Assembly: GCA_944389225.1 (NCBI GenBank)
Contig: CALXLP010000006.1
Location: 1-56,818 of the forward strand
DNA: 56,818 nt
DNA from: an uncultured Clostridia bacterium
GTDB lineage: Bacteria > Bacillota > Clostridia > TANB77 > CAG-508
Direction of reading: 5' to 3'
Below the pieces are notes generated by a model that did no database searches, was not told the origin of the DNA, and saw only the letters and a list, made by a program, of their open reading frames with translations. The position numbers and the translations under genes are program-made. Of the stretch, positions 10,279 to 20,317 are shown in pieces (positions within the stretch are counted from its first letter, which is position 1; every line of letters begins with the position of its first letter).

Positions 10279-10916
10279 GTTTCCTCAACTCCATATTCTT
10301 CTTTTAAGAACTTTTTTATCTTTTGAATATCACTATTATTTATATTTTGTTTACTCTCATCTTGTTCCTCATTTGTTTTTTTAATTTTTCCGACTGTAGT
10401 GTTTACTGGTTTTATCTTTTGAATTTCATTTACTAACTTATCTTCAATTGTTTCTGTTTGTCCTGTTTCATTTCCTTGTTGATTATTTTCTTGATTTTCA
10501 TTTTTTTCAACTGTTAAAACAATTTCTTCTATATAATTTTCTTCATTTTCATTTGATAATGTTGCATACACATTACAAGTCGTGACTTGATACCCTAAAT
10601 TCTCTATTTTTTTAGTGATATCTTTTTCTAATTCTTCTATATAGATTTCTTCTATTTGACTATTCACAGTGCTTTGTTCTTCATTTGCTTGATTGGTTGT
10701 ATAATTACCGATATATTCATTTAAATCATAAGAACTAACATCTAATATATCTTTATTTTTAACAAATGGTGATATGATATTAAAAATAATATATATACCA
10801 AATACCATTCTGACATATTTTTTTGTTTTATTATTGGGTAATAACATTTCTAAAATGGATATGACAATAATGGCCAATCCTAAACTTTTTGCCCAACTAC
10901 TTAAAAACTCTATCAT
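10260..10916 (-). CDS. spoIIIAF: Stage III sporulation protein AF
   Basis: ILEMLLPNNKTKKYVRMVFG; operon position. Confidence 0.88.
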   Translation of the reverse strand: MIEFLSSWAKSLGLAIIVISILEMLLPNNKTKKYVRMVFGIYIIFNIISPFVKNKDILDVSSYDLNEYIGNYTTNQANEEQSTVNSQIEEIYIEELEKDITKKIENLGYQVTTCNVYATLSNENEENYIEEIVLTVEKNENQENNQQGNETGQTETIEDKLVNEIQKIKPVNTTVGKIKKTNEEQDESKQNINNSDIQKIKKFLKEEYGVEETCLKIN

Positions 10917-10924
10917 AACTTCCC

Positions 10925-12076
10925 CTACCTATACATCATTCCTGTATTGGATATTTTAACAACTAAAGCTGTGCCAACAATTAGCATAACAGATACAGAA
11001 CATAAAATTGCTAGAAAAATTTTATACACATCTCCTATTTGATCTAATAAACTCGTAATATTTTTATCTGCTATTGGTTCACAGATTGCCGACATTAACT
11101 TATACGCTATTGTAAAAATTCCTAATTTTAAGATTGGTATAACACAAATTCCGATGGCAATAATGATTCCAATAATCCCTACTGCATTTTTTAAAATAAT
11201 GCCACATCCTAAAACAGTATCTACAGCATCACCTAAAATTTTTCCTACTACAGGTATTGCTGAACTAACAACTGCTTTTGTCGTTTTAGCAGTGATGCCA
11301 TCTACACTACTAGAAAGTGTCCCTTCTAAAGAAATGACTGCTACAAAAATGGTAAGAATAATACCAAAAAACCACACCACTCCTGATTTTAAGAATTTCG
11401 ATAATTTGTCTATTTGTACATTATCTGAAATTTTAGATATCACAATTAAGCTCGTAAAAACTAATACAATTGGAATAATGAGCGTTTGTATAATGTTTCC
11501 TATAAAATTAATTAAGAATAATATAATAGGCTCTAATACACCACTTGTTGTAATACTTCCTGTATATATCATGAGTGAAATAAGTAAAGGAATTAATATA
11601 TTCATAAACCCAATTAAATTATTACAGGTATCTTTTACAACTTGTACAATATCAGAAAAGTTCATCATAACAATCGTAACAATCAATATGTATTGAACAT
11701 AGTAAATCAGTTTTGAAATTGTATCATTTTCTAAACTTTCACTAACAGATTTTAGGACACTATGTATCACCACAATCGCTAATATACTTCCTAATGCGGT
11801 TAAACCATCTACTAATTCTCCTCCTAATACACTAATTATTTTTTTGAATAATGTTTGATTATCCACTTCTCCTTTTATGGCATTTTCAAGAATTTCATTT
11901 ATATCAATATCTTCAAAGAACTCACCGGAATACTCATCTGCTTGCTCGATAAATTCACTAATTCCAAATTCTTCTTGTTGCTCTTTTAATGTTTCTTCTT
12001 CATCGGCAATTACAGTTGGCATTGTGAAATATAAAAAGAGAAGAACAATTATCAAAATATATATAATTCTTTTCAT
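10925..12076 (-). CDS. spoIIIAE: Stage III sporulation protein AE
   Basis: Multi-TM; IPVVGKILGDAVDTV, KNAVG. Confidence 0.92.
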   Translation of the reverse strand: MKRIIYILIIVLLFLYFTMPTVIADEEETLKEQQEEFGISEFIEQADEYSGEFFEDIDINEILENAIKGEVDNQTLFKKIISVLGGELVDGLTALGSILAIVVIHSVLKSVSESLENDTISKLIYYVQYILIVTIVMMNFSDIVQVVKDTCNNLIGFMNILIPLLISLMIYTGSITTSGVLEPIILFLINFIGNIIQTLIIPIVLVFTSLIVISKISDNVQIDKLSKFLKSGVVWFFGIILTIFVAVISLEGTLSSSVDGITAKTTKAVVSSAIPVVGKILGDAVDTVLGCGIILKNAVGIIGIIIAIGICVIPILKLGIFTIAYKLMSAICEPIADKNITSLLDQIGDVYKIFLAILCSVSVMLIVGTALVVKISNTGMMYR

Positions 12077-12120
12077 TTTGCCTCCTTATCTTTTGTAAAC
12101 TTTGTTGTTTTCCTTAGTAT

Positions 12121-12513
12121 TTAAGGCAAAATTTGCAATATAATTTCTAATAAACTAGATATAATCGGTATGGACATAGAAATGATGATGATTTTACTTC
12201 CTAACTCTATTTTACTAGCAATAGCACCTTCTCCAGAATCTCTACATATACTAACTGCAAATTCTGAAAGAAAGGCAATTCCTGTTATTTTAATTAGCAA
12301 AGATAAAAATTGACTATTGATATTGGCTTTTCCTGCAATTGATTGTATTAAATTTACAATTCCTGATAATTGATCTGTTAATAGAAGTAATATAAGTGCT
12401 CCTGTTAATAAACTGATATATATTGCAAATTCTGGTTTATATTGTTTTAACAATATGATGATAATCAATGCAATTAATCCAATTCCTATAATTCTAATAA
12501 TTTCCATAAACAT
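12121..12513 (-). CDS. spoIIIAD: Stage III sporulation protein AD
   Basis: KITGIAFLSEF, ICRDSGEGAIASKIELGSK. Confidence 0.92.
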   Translation of the reverse strand: MFMEIIRIIGIGLIALIIIILLKQYKPEFAIYISLLTGALILLLLTDQLSGIVNLIQSIAGKANINSQFLSLLIKITGIAFLSEFAVSICRDSGEGAIASKIELGSKIIIISMSIPIISSLLEIILQILP

Positions 12514-12519
12514 ATCCTT

Positions 12520-12714
12520 TTACAAATTAAATATAGTTCTTACTGTGTCAAATAATCCGCTAATTTCTTTTATTACCATAGTTAGAACAATAATTAATCC
12601 TGCTAAAGTCGTCATCATTGCTTGGTCTTCTCTCCCTGCTCTTACTAGTACTTGATGTAAAACAGCAACTAATATACCAATCGCCGCTATTCTAAATAAC
12701 AAATTGATATCCAT
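12520..12714 (-). CDS. spoIIIAC: Stage III sporulation protein AC
   Basis: MDINLLFRIAAIGILVAVLHQVLVRAGREDQA. Confidence 0.93.
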   Translation of the reverse strand: MDINLLFRIAAIGILVAVLHQVLVRAGREDQAMMTTLAGLIIVLTMVIKEISGLFDTVRTIFNL

Positions 12715-12810
12715 ATTTTATCTCATTCCTTTCTCAAGGCATTAAACTAGTCGAAAAAGAATTAAATACTTATAATTATTTTCAACCTTTCTCTTTTCCT
12801 TTTATTTTTC

Positions 12811-13329
12811 TTAAATTAAAATAATGACAATTGCTAATCCTATAGTGGTTCCAAGCTTTCGATACAATTTTTCATTTTTATCTTTTTCTTGCTGAGCTTC
12901 TTTGATTTGTTTTTCCAAAAAATTTTCTGTAATTTCTATTTGGCTAATTTGTCCTTCCACATCTGTTTGTCCTAACATTTTGGAAAGCATTAATAATACA
13001 TGTTTATCTTCATCAGTAAGATTTGTTTCACTTGTCTGTACTGCATTTTCCCAGGCTTCTCCCGCACTAAAATTTTGCATATTCTTTCTAGCTTCTTCAA
13101 ATATTTGTCCTATATTTTCTTTAGCATTACTTGCCATTTCTCTAAATATTTCTGGAATGGGTTCATATGTAAATCTAATTTTTGATTTAAAAACATTTAA
13201 AATATTTTTGATTTCTTCTAATTCTTCTAATCGATAGGAATATTTTTTAGCTATACATCTTCCAATAAAACTGGATGCAATAAATACTAATAACAGCATA
13301 AAACACTTAATTACTTGCATATCATACAC
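12811..13329 (-). CDS. spoIIIAB: Stage III sporulation protein AB
   Basis: LGQTDVEGQ, KNEKLYRKLG...GLAIVIILI. Confidence 0.9.
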   Translation of the reverse strand: MYDMQVIKCFMLLLVFIASSFIGRCIAKKYSYRLEELEEIKNILNVFKSKIRFTYEPIPEIFREMASNAKENIGQIFEEARKNMQNFSAGEAWENAVQTSETNLTDEDKHVLLMLSKMLGQTDVEGQISQIEITENFLEKQIKEAQQEKDKNEKLYRKLGTTIGLAIVIILI

Positions 13330-13476
13330 CTTGTCCTTTGCATTTATAAATAAAAATTTATGCTTTTCTTATTGTATAGGAAAAACCGACTTTTATTTTG
13401 AACAAATTTAGATTTTTCCGTATACAACAAGATTAGGCTTTCTTATATAATATATTCACCTCTTTTTCTTTTAGAA

Positions 13477-14346
13477 CTATATAAAAATAATTTTCTCAAT
13501 GATTTTTTTATCAATTAATTTTTTGATATATGGATTACTATGTACATCTTCTATACTTTTTCCATGCATTGTAAATATACCTTTTACACCAGACAACATT
13601 GCTTCTTCAATAGCTTGTATATCTTCATTTCCTCCAATTTCATCACAAGCAATAATCTCTGGTGCCATAGTTCTAATTAATATCTTAATTCCTTTTGCTT
13701 TTGACACATTATCAATAATATCTGTTCGAATCCCAACATCATTTTGTGGAACTCCTCTATACATTGCTGCAATTTCTCCTCTTTCATCAACCACTCCACA
13801 AGTTTTTCCTTTGAAATTTATCCCATTTACTCCATTACTTAAATTTCTAATTAAATCCCTTAACATTGTCGTTTTTCCTTTTCCCGGTGGTGAAACAATT
13901 AATGTATTAAAAATTGTTTGATTTTTAATGTCAATAACTTGTCCGATAATGCGATTACTACAATTGGGAACTTCTCTAGCAATTCTAAAATTTAAACTGG
14001 TTATATATTTGATATTGATGATTTCTCCATTTTCTACAACTGCTGTTCCTGTTATTCCTACTCTATGTCCTCCTCTTATGGTAATATATCCTTCACACAA
14101 TTGCTTTTTATATGCATAAATAGAATTTTCACATAATCTTTCTACAATTTGTAATATTTCATTTTGTGTAATTTTATATTCCACAATTAATTCTTTATCT
14201 CTAAGTTTCAAAATTAGCGGTCTATCAATTCTAATTCTAATTTCTTGCAATTCATCTTTTATTTTATTATTGGAAATGATTGTATTATATAAAATATTGG
14301 ATAAATTCATTGGAAAAAACTTAACAATTTCTAAAAGCTTTTCCAT
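13477..14346 (-). CDS. spoIIIAA: Stage III sporulation protein AA (ATPase)
   Basis: QEIRIR, GGHRVG, SPPGKGKTT Walker A, VDERGEIA, DEIG. Confidence 0.93.
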   Translation of the reverse strand: MEKLLEIVKFFPMNLSNILYNTIISNNKIKDELQEIRIRIDRPLILKLRDKELIVEYKITQNEILQIVERLCENSIYAYKKQLCEGYITIRGGHRVGITGTAVVENGEIINIKYITSLNFRIAREVPNCSNRIIGQVIDIKNQTIFNTLIVSPPGKGKTTMLRDLIRNLSNGVNGINFKGKTCGVVDERGEIAAMYRGVPQNDVGIRTDIIDNVSKAKGIKILIRTMAPEIIACDEIGGNEDIQAIEEAMLSGVKGIFTMHGKSIEDVHSNPYIKKLIDKKIIEKIIFI

Positions 14347-14574
14347 TTTTCACTCCTTTTATCATATAATTTCAGGATTTTATTTGTTTTACTTATACCC
14401 AATAATATATATATTCTGGAAAATTTGATTTATTACTATTTTTTAGGTGATATCTTTATTGGTTACTTACATGAACGTTTCTTTTATAAATACAAAAAAA
14501 GTAAGACTTTACATTTTAATTTGTAAGTCTTACTTTTTTATTTTTTCTAAATTCTATTTATTAAATTTATTATG

Positions 14575-14627
14575 AGTCCTGTCCCTTTTGGACAAAAAAT
14601 GTCCATTTTGACACGTCCCTAACGTTT
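14575..14627 (-). repeat. REP-like dispersed repeat copy B (overlaps stop of 14619..16568)
   Basis: agtcctgtcccttttggacaaaaaatgtccattttgacacgtccctaacgttt. Confidence 0.85.
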
Positions 14628-16568
14628 ATTAATAACTGCTCTATAAATTAGTCCTGTATTAATATCTTTTTCAAATTCTACCCTATATGCGTCATCTACA
14701 TTGATACTACTTTTTAACAGTGTAATATTTTGTTCATTAACTTCATATTCCTCTCCATCCATGTTGATTTCTTCTATTTTGTTATTTCCTTCTGTTTCAT
14801 TGTTATTTTGAATAGTTGTTAATAATCCTTTGACTGTTGCTCCTTTGGTATTTGTACTTTGATATAATTCAAATTTTGCATTAAATGCATTTACTGCTTG
14901 TTCATCGATTTCTGTGGTTGTTTGACTTGATACTAAAAATGCTGGTATTAGGTATTGAATTGGATTTTGATCTTCAGATACTCCCAATTCTTCCATTTGT
15001 ACTTGATTAACTTCTACCATTCTTTCTTGTATAGCATTCATTAAATTACTAACATATTCGTTGTCTTTATCATTTAGGATAACTGCATTATTTTCTGTTA
15101 AATCCTCTATTGTCACTCCATCTTTAAATTGTACATTGTTTGTTACACTATATTTATTTTGACTGGTTGTCTTTTCTGATGTATCATTTGAAGTTTCGTT
15201 TATTGTTGTTTCTTCTGGCTCTTCAACAATTTTCCCTGTGTTATCTATAACAAATCTGTCTCCCGTACTAACAAATGTAATATTAAATGTTGTATCAGTT
15301 TCTTTTTCTAAACGCATATCTGCATATATCTCATTTTCTCCTGATGATAATTCTTCTTCTACATTTGTATCGCTAATTTGTGTACTATCTTCTCCTGCTG
15401 CTATTTTATTTGCTTGAACAGTTGTTATTAATGACTCAATTGTTTCCCTCTCACTTGAAATATCTAATGTATCTTGTGAATTTTCTGTTCTTTCCTCTGC
15501 ATTAGTCTCTTCATACTTTCCTTCTAACGTTAGCTCATATGTTTCTGTTACGCTATCAGAAGCTAACCCAGCATATTTTGCTGTAAATACAGCATTTGTA
15601 TCTTGTTCATCCGCATTTAATGTTGCTGTGTAGGTTATATCTTGTCCATTTTTTTCTTTATTCATTACTAATGTAATTCCCGAACTTCCTACATCCATTC
15701 TACTAAGATTGCCTCCTGTAGCATATACAGTCATTTCAATATCATTATTTAATTCCCACTCATTAATACTTTCTATAACATCATCTATAGAATCTTCGTT
15801 TAATTGTGTATTAGTTCCTATCCCTTGTAATATTTCATTTAATTTATGTGTTGTATTGGCATCTGTCTTTAATACATTTAAAATTTGAATCAATGTATTC
15901 TTCAGTTCTTCACCTGTTAGTGTTAGTCTATATCCTGTTAAATCTCCTTCTGTTAATGTTGAAAACTTATTATCATCTAATGTATTTAATATATTATCAA
16001 AATAAGTTGTTTTCAAATTTTGTATTTCTTCATCAGAAAACTCTACATTTTGTAGTTTTAATATATTATTTATATCTTCTAGTCCAGATATTTCTTCATC
16101 ATTTCTAACAGCTACAAAACTACTTCCAATATATTGCGTTTGAATTCCTGTTACAGTATTTGTTTTTCTATATGTTAATGGAAAATTGACACTATCTGAA
16201 TAGTTGAGACTAATCTCTTTTTCTGATTTTGAATCATTCGGAACTTCTTTTCCTGAAAAAGTAATATTAAAATTATTGGCCAATTCTAAGTCGTCTTCCA
16301 TATTAGGAATGGATACATCAAATGTTATCTCTCCATTATTTTCATAGCTTGTACTACTCTTTTTTTGGAAATATTGCATTAACTGATTATCAATAAATCC
16401 ATCTTCACTTTGCACAATCTGTGAAGTATATTTGAAGAATAACTGTTTATTACTCTTAAACATATCTGTGAAAAAATATAAATATGCTACGACACCCACT
16501 AAAAGTAGGATAATAACTAACAAGATAATAACTGTTATTAACAAGCTTTTACTTTTCTTTTGTCCCAT
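14619..16568 (-). CDS. Membrane-anchored acidic surface protein with an internal pilin-head-like segment
   Basis: Likely start MGQKKSK (GGAGG RBS); single N-terminal TM; internal segment resembles post-helix domain of the pilin-like proteins. Confidence 0.7.
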   Translation of the reverse strand: MGQKKSKSLLITVIILLVIILLLVGVVAYLYFFTDMFKSNKQLFFKYTSQIVQSEDGFIDNQLMQYFQKKSSTSYENNGEITFDVSIPNMEDDLELANNFNITFSGKEVPNDSKSEKEISLNYSDSVNFPLTYRKTNTVTGIQTQYIGSSFVAVRNDEEISGLEDINNILKLQNVEFSDEEIQNLKTTYFDNILNTLDDNKFSTLTEGDLTGYRLTLTGEELKNTLIQILNVLKTDANTTHKLNEILQGIGTNTQLNEDSIDDVIESINEWELNNDIEMTVYATGGNLSRMDVGSSGITLVMNKEKNGQDITYTATLNADEQDTNAVFTAKYAGLASDSVTETYELTLEGKYEETNAEERTENSQDTLDISSERETIESLITTVQANKIAAGEDSTQISDTNVEEELSSGENEIYADMRLEKETDTTFNITFVSTGDRFVIDNTGKIVEEPEETTINETSNDTSEKTTSQNKYSVTNNVQFKDGVTIEDLTENNAVILNDKDNEYVSNLMNAIQERMVEVNQVQMEELGVSEDQNPIQYLIPAFLVSSQTTTEIDEQAVNAFNAKFELYQSTNTKGATVKGLLTTIQNNNETEGNNKIEEINMDGEEYEVNEQNITLLKSSINVDDAYRVEFEKDINTGLIYRAVINKR

Positions 16569-16675
16569 AAAAACCTCCATTCGAGTCATATACTCTAATA
16601 AATTTTAAGTATGATATTTCTTATAATATAAATAGATAAATAACTGTATTCCTACTGTCATTTATCTATTTTCCT

Positions 16676-17395
16676 TTATTCTTCCCAGTTATGATAAATA
16701 TTTGAAACATCATCTAAATCTTCTAGGTTTTCAATTAATCTTTCCATTTTTTCTGTTCCTTTTTCATCTAGCTTAACAGTGGTTGTTGGTACCATTTGAA
16801 CTTCTGCTTCTAAGAATTCTAACCCTGCTTCTTCTAGTTTTTCACGAACAGCCATAAAGTCTGCTGGATCTGTTGTAATTTCATATACTTCCTCTTCTGA
16901 TGAAAAATCTTCTGCTCCTGCTTCTAATGCTAACATCATTAAATCATCTTCACTCATTGATGTTGTTTCTTTTTCAATAACCATAACACCTTTTTTATTA
17001 AACATATATGATACACAACCAGTTGTTCCTAAGTTTCCTCCAGCTTTATCAAATACATGTCTAACATCTGCTGCTGTTCTATTTTTATTATCTGTTGAAG
17101 CTTCTACAATAACGGCTACTCCGTTTGGTCCATATCCTTCATATGTAATTTCTTCATAATTTTCATTACTTGTTGATGCTTTTCTAATTGCATTATTAAT
17201 TGTATCATTTGGCATATTGGCAGCCTTACATTTTGCAATAACATTCTTTAATTTTGAATTTCCTGCAGGATCTGGTCCACCTTCTTTTACAGCAATTAAT
17301 AATTCTCTTCCTAATTTTGTAAATATTTTTCCTCTTGCTGCATCTGCTTTTCCTTTTTTGGCTTGTATGTTGTGCCATTTACTGTGTCCTGACAT
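16676..17395 (-). CDS. yebC: YebC/PmpR family protein
   Basis: [27 protein letters not shown]; start set to MSGH with GGAGG RBS. Confidence 0.95.
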   Translation of the reverse strand: MSGHSKWHNIQAKKGKADAARGKIFTKLGRELLIAVKEGGPDPAGNSKLKNVIAKCKAANMPNDTINNAIRKASTSNENYEEITYEGYGPNGVAVIVEASTDNKNRTAADVRHVFDKAGGNLGTTGCVSYMFNKKGVMVIEKETTSMSEDDLMMLALEAGAEDFSSEEEVYEITTDPADFMAVREKLEEAGLEFLEAEVQMVPTTTVKLDEKGTEKMERLIENLEDLDDVSNIYHNWEE

Positions 17396-17548
17396 TTTAA
17401 TTCCTCCTTTTTTATTCTTCAATATTTTATCATAGTTTTTCTATTTTGTGTAGTATTTTACAAATAAAAGTTGTTTTTATTTAATAAAAAAGGAATATAT
17501 TCTACTTTAAATAGAACATATTCCTTTCCTCTTTGTCGTTATATAACT

Positions 17549-17788
17549 TTAAAGATTTAAATATTTATCAACAAGTTTCTCAAATTCCTCCGTTTCATTA
17601 AAATAGCTCTCATGCTTACTCACATCAAATGTTTTGACATTTTCTTGCATCAGCATTTCACATAACCCATTTATAAGTTCTGGGTTTTTTAAATTGTATG
17701 TATATAATTCTTTTCGTAATTCCTTTTCTTTTTGTGCAGATTCAAGAAACCTTTGAACTTCTGGCTTGGCTTCATATTCTGCCTTGAG
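17549..17788 (-). pseudogene. Start-less open frame, probable gene remnant
   Basis: 79 codons LKAEYEAKPEVQRFLESAQKEKELRKE...EEFEKLVDKYLNL* immediately preceded by in-frame TAG, no RBS/start. Confidence 0.35.
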
Positions 17789-17811
17789 CTACATATGTCA
17801 ATATTTTTTAC

Positions 17812-18654
17812 TTACTTTAAATCTATAAAATTTAATTTTTCAATAATGTCTTTCCCTATAATTTCATTTGCTAATTCCACAAATTCATTAAATAACTCAA
17901 TTTGGCCTCTATGGTGAGTATCTATACCATACACCACATGAATGTCATATTCTGATGCAATCTTCCAAAATTCTTTACATGGATATGCTACTTTCTTTAA
18001 TTTTTTTCTTTGTTCTTCTATTGGTTTGTGATTCAATTTTCCATTTTCATAGTATGTTTCTGCAAATATATTATTTAAATTAATTTCTAATGGTACACCA
18101 TATTTTTCAGCAGCTTGACAAATAAGGTGTGCAACTTTTGCTTCAATTTCTCCAAATTCTTTTCTCTTTAACATATATAAATCAGGATGTGCAATAATAT
18201 CTGGAATTTCACATTTCATTGCTTGTTCTATATATTCTGCATATCTTAATAATTCTTTATCTGAAAAATCATCTTTTCCATGTATTTTTAAATTTTTATT
18301 ATCATCATAAGCAAAATGCTGTCCTAAAATCAATTTATCTGTTTCATCTTTTAACTCTTTTAAGTTTTCTTCTTCTCCTGGTAAATATTCCACTTCATAC
18401 CCACTTTGGATTTCAATTTGTCCAGCATATTTTTCTTTTAATGTTTGTATGCTCTCTAAATATTCTTTTCTTTGATTATATTTCATACGCATATGTTTTC
18501 TTTTATCTATTTTATTTTTTTCTGGACAATGGTCTGTAAAAGTCATTCTTTTAAATCCCATTTTGATGTATGCTTCTACATATTCTTCATCTGTCAAATC
18601 TAAATCTGCGTGTCCACATCTATATGTATGTGAATGATAATTAAATTCTTGCAT
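17812..18654 (-). CDS. PHP-domain phosphatase (histidinol-phosphatase-like)
   Basis: NYHSHTYRCGHA, FTDH, AHPD, GIDTH metal ligands. Confidence 0.85.
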   Translation of the reverse strand: MQEFNYHSHTYRCGHADLDLTDEEYVEAYIKMGFKRMTFTDHCPEKNKIDKRKHMRMKYNQRKEYLESIQTLKEKYAGQIEIQSGYEVEYLPGEEENLKELKDETDKLILGQHFAYDDNKNLKIHGKDDFSDKELLRYAEYIEQAMKCEIPDIIAHPDLYMLKRKEFGEIEAKVAHLICQAAEKYGVPLEINLNNIFAETYYENGKLNHKPIEEQRKKLKKVAYPCKEFWKIASEYDIHVVYGIDTHHRGQIELFNEFVELANEIIGKDIIEKLNFIDLK

Positions 18655-18671
18655 GATTTTTCCTCCTTTTA

Positions 18672-19280
18672 CTATTCATTATCTAATATATCTGGGAACA
18701 ATGTGTATATATTAAATCCCAACATATTATCAAATCCTTTCTTTAATTTTTGTATTTCTTTAACAAAGTAGATTGTATTTTCAAATATCCCTCTTCTTAT
18801 CATAATATCAATTAGTCTTTTTTCTAATGTCACATTTACATTTGTACATATCATATCACATAAATTAATAATTCTTTCATAAATGGTATATTCATGTGTT
18901 TGTATAAAATTTGATAAATCCACATTTTCTTCTGGCAACCATCCTATTGTGCACATATAGTCATTATTTAAAAATGAATGTGTTAAACAAACATTAGCAT
19001 ATTCATCAGCATACCCTTCTTGTTTTATATATTGATAACCATTTTGTGGATGTTCTAAAAATCCACCTATTCCTTTTCCAATATCATGAATATATCCTAA
19101 CGTTTTTGCTTTTTCTACATCTAATCCTAGTTTTTCTGCTATTTTACCTGCAGAATTTCCTACACATATAGAATGATCTATCCAATTTGTATCCTCCGTT
19201 TTTCTCCTAAATTCTTCTAACATTTGTAATGCTTTTTCTGTTGTTAATTCCACTTTTTTCACTCCTTCGAATTTATCCAT
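18672..19280 (-). CDS. HD-domain phosphohydrolase
   Basis: H...GYIHDIGK...H...HS...D pattern. Confidence 0.85.
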   Translation of the reverse strand: MDKFEGVKKVELTTEKALQMLEEFRRKTEDTNWIDHSICVGNSAGKIAEKLGLDVEKAKTLGYIHDIGKGIGGFLEHPQNGYQYIKQEGYADEYANVCLTHSFLNNDYMCTIGWLPEENVDLSNFIQTHEYTIYERIINLCDMICTNVNVTLEKRLIDIMIRRGIFENTIYFVKEIQKLKKGFDNMLGFNIYTLFPDILDNE

Positions 19281-19758
19281 TGTTCCAATTTATTATATTA
19301 TATTTTTCGCTTTTTTCCAATATTTGAATCTGTTTTTGTATTTCTTGTATATCTTCATCATTAAATGGTTTAAATGTATCATAAAATCCTGTATCTTTAT
19401 ATGGAAATACTAAAGCTTGTCCAAATGGTTGTGTTCTGGAATCTCTAGTTCTTCCATACAAATGTATATGAAAAACTGGTTTTGTTCCTTCTACATATGC
19501 CCAATTTCCATTTTCTTGATAATTGATTCTTTCTATATGAACTCCTCTATTTCTCATCCCTATTATCATTGCTTCACTAACTAACATGGTTAGTCTCATC
19601 ACTTCAATAGCTTCTTTTGGACTCAAATCCAATCTACTTGCAAAATATTTTTCCTTTGCTCTTATCCAAATATGACCTCCATCTCCCCTTGGAATATGTG
19701 GCACTTTCGGTACACAAGCCATAAATGTTTCTGTTTCATATATGATAATATCATTCAT
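19273..19758 (-). CDS. HIT-like protein
   Basis: DGGH, NYQENGNW, FHIHLYGR histidine triad. Confidence 0.75.
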   Translation of the reverse strand: MNDIIIYETETFMACVPKVPHIPRGDGGHIWIRAKEKYFASRLDLSPKEAIEVMRLTMLVSEAMIIGMRNRGVHIERINYQENGNWAYVEGTKPVFHIHLYGRTRDSRTQPFGQALVFPYKDTGFYDTFKPFNDEDIQEIQKQIQILEKSEKYNIINWNNG

Positions 19759-19784
19759 AATATTTCTCCTTTACATTTCATACA

Positions 19785-20303
19785 TTATCCTTCATTGGCC
19801 AATATTTTCTTTTTCTTCATATAAATATCATTTTTAAATACTGCATATATTCCAACTAATAGTAAAGTTAATTCTCCTAATACCATAAACCAACTTTGAT
19901 AATAGGTATAATAAATTCCATATGTTATTCCTGTTGTTATTCCTGATATTCTGACCAATTTCATATTTGACTGCCACAAACAATATGTTCTGATGATAGA
20001 ACCAATTGTTGGCAACAAAGATATTGTACCATCCCATGTAAACATACAATTTACAATAATAATACTTTCAAAAAAGAATAAAATAACAATATACACTATT
20101 TTATTAATTTTATTTTTATTGATAAATATAAATGTTCTAATAAAATTTATAAGACTTAACACTGCTCCTGTATATGCTGTTATGATAAAATCATAAATTG
20201 CTTCTAAAAGACAACTTAATGATTGTACAAATAACGATTTTTTTCTTTCTTTTATACAAATGCTAATGACTAGTGTGAAAACTGCTAATATACTAAATAT
20301 CAT
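19785..20303 (-). CDS. YgjV-family inner membrane protein
   Basis: Multi-TM, 'AYTGA...INFIR', 'ISLLP' pattern. Confidence 0.65.
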   Translation of the reverse strand: MIFSILAVFTLVISICIKERKKSLFVQSLSCLLEAIYDFIITAYTGAVLSLINFIRTFIFINKNKINKIVYIVILFFFESIIIVNCMFTWDGTISLLPTIGSIIRTYCLWQSNMKLVRISGITTGITYGIYYTYYQSWFMVLGELTLLLVGIYAVFKNDIYMKKKKILANEG

Positions 20304-20317
20304 TTTTCTTCCCTCTT

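Noticed and set aside
14400-14440. Sigma-E promoter for spoIIIA
   Set aside because: Expected biologically, but the match is too degenerate to call in such AT-rich sequence
9611-14627. Repeats as a CRISPR array
   Set aside because: Copies are dispersed singly, with no repeat-spacer periodicity and no cas genes
16591-16600. TACTCTAA half-motif upstream of the 14619 membrane protein as a fifth switch
   Set aside because: No partner site ~185 bp away (that position is inside yebC) and no enclosed promoter
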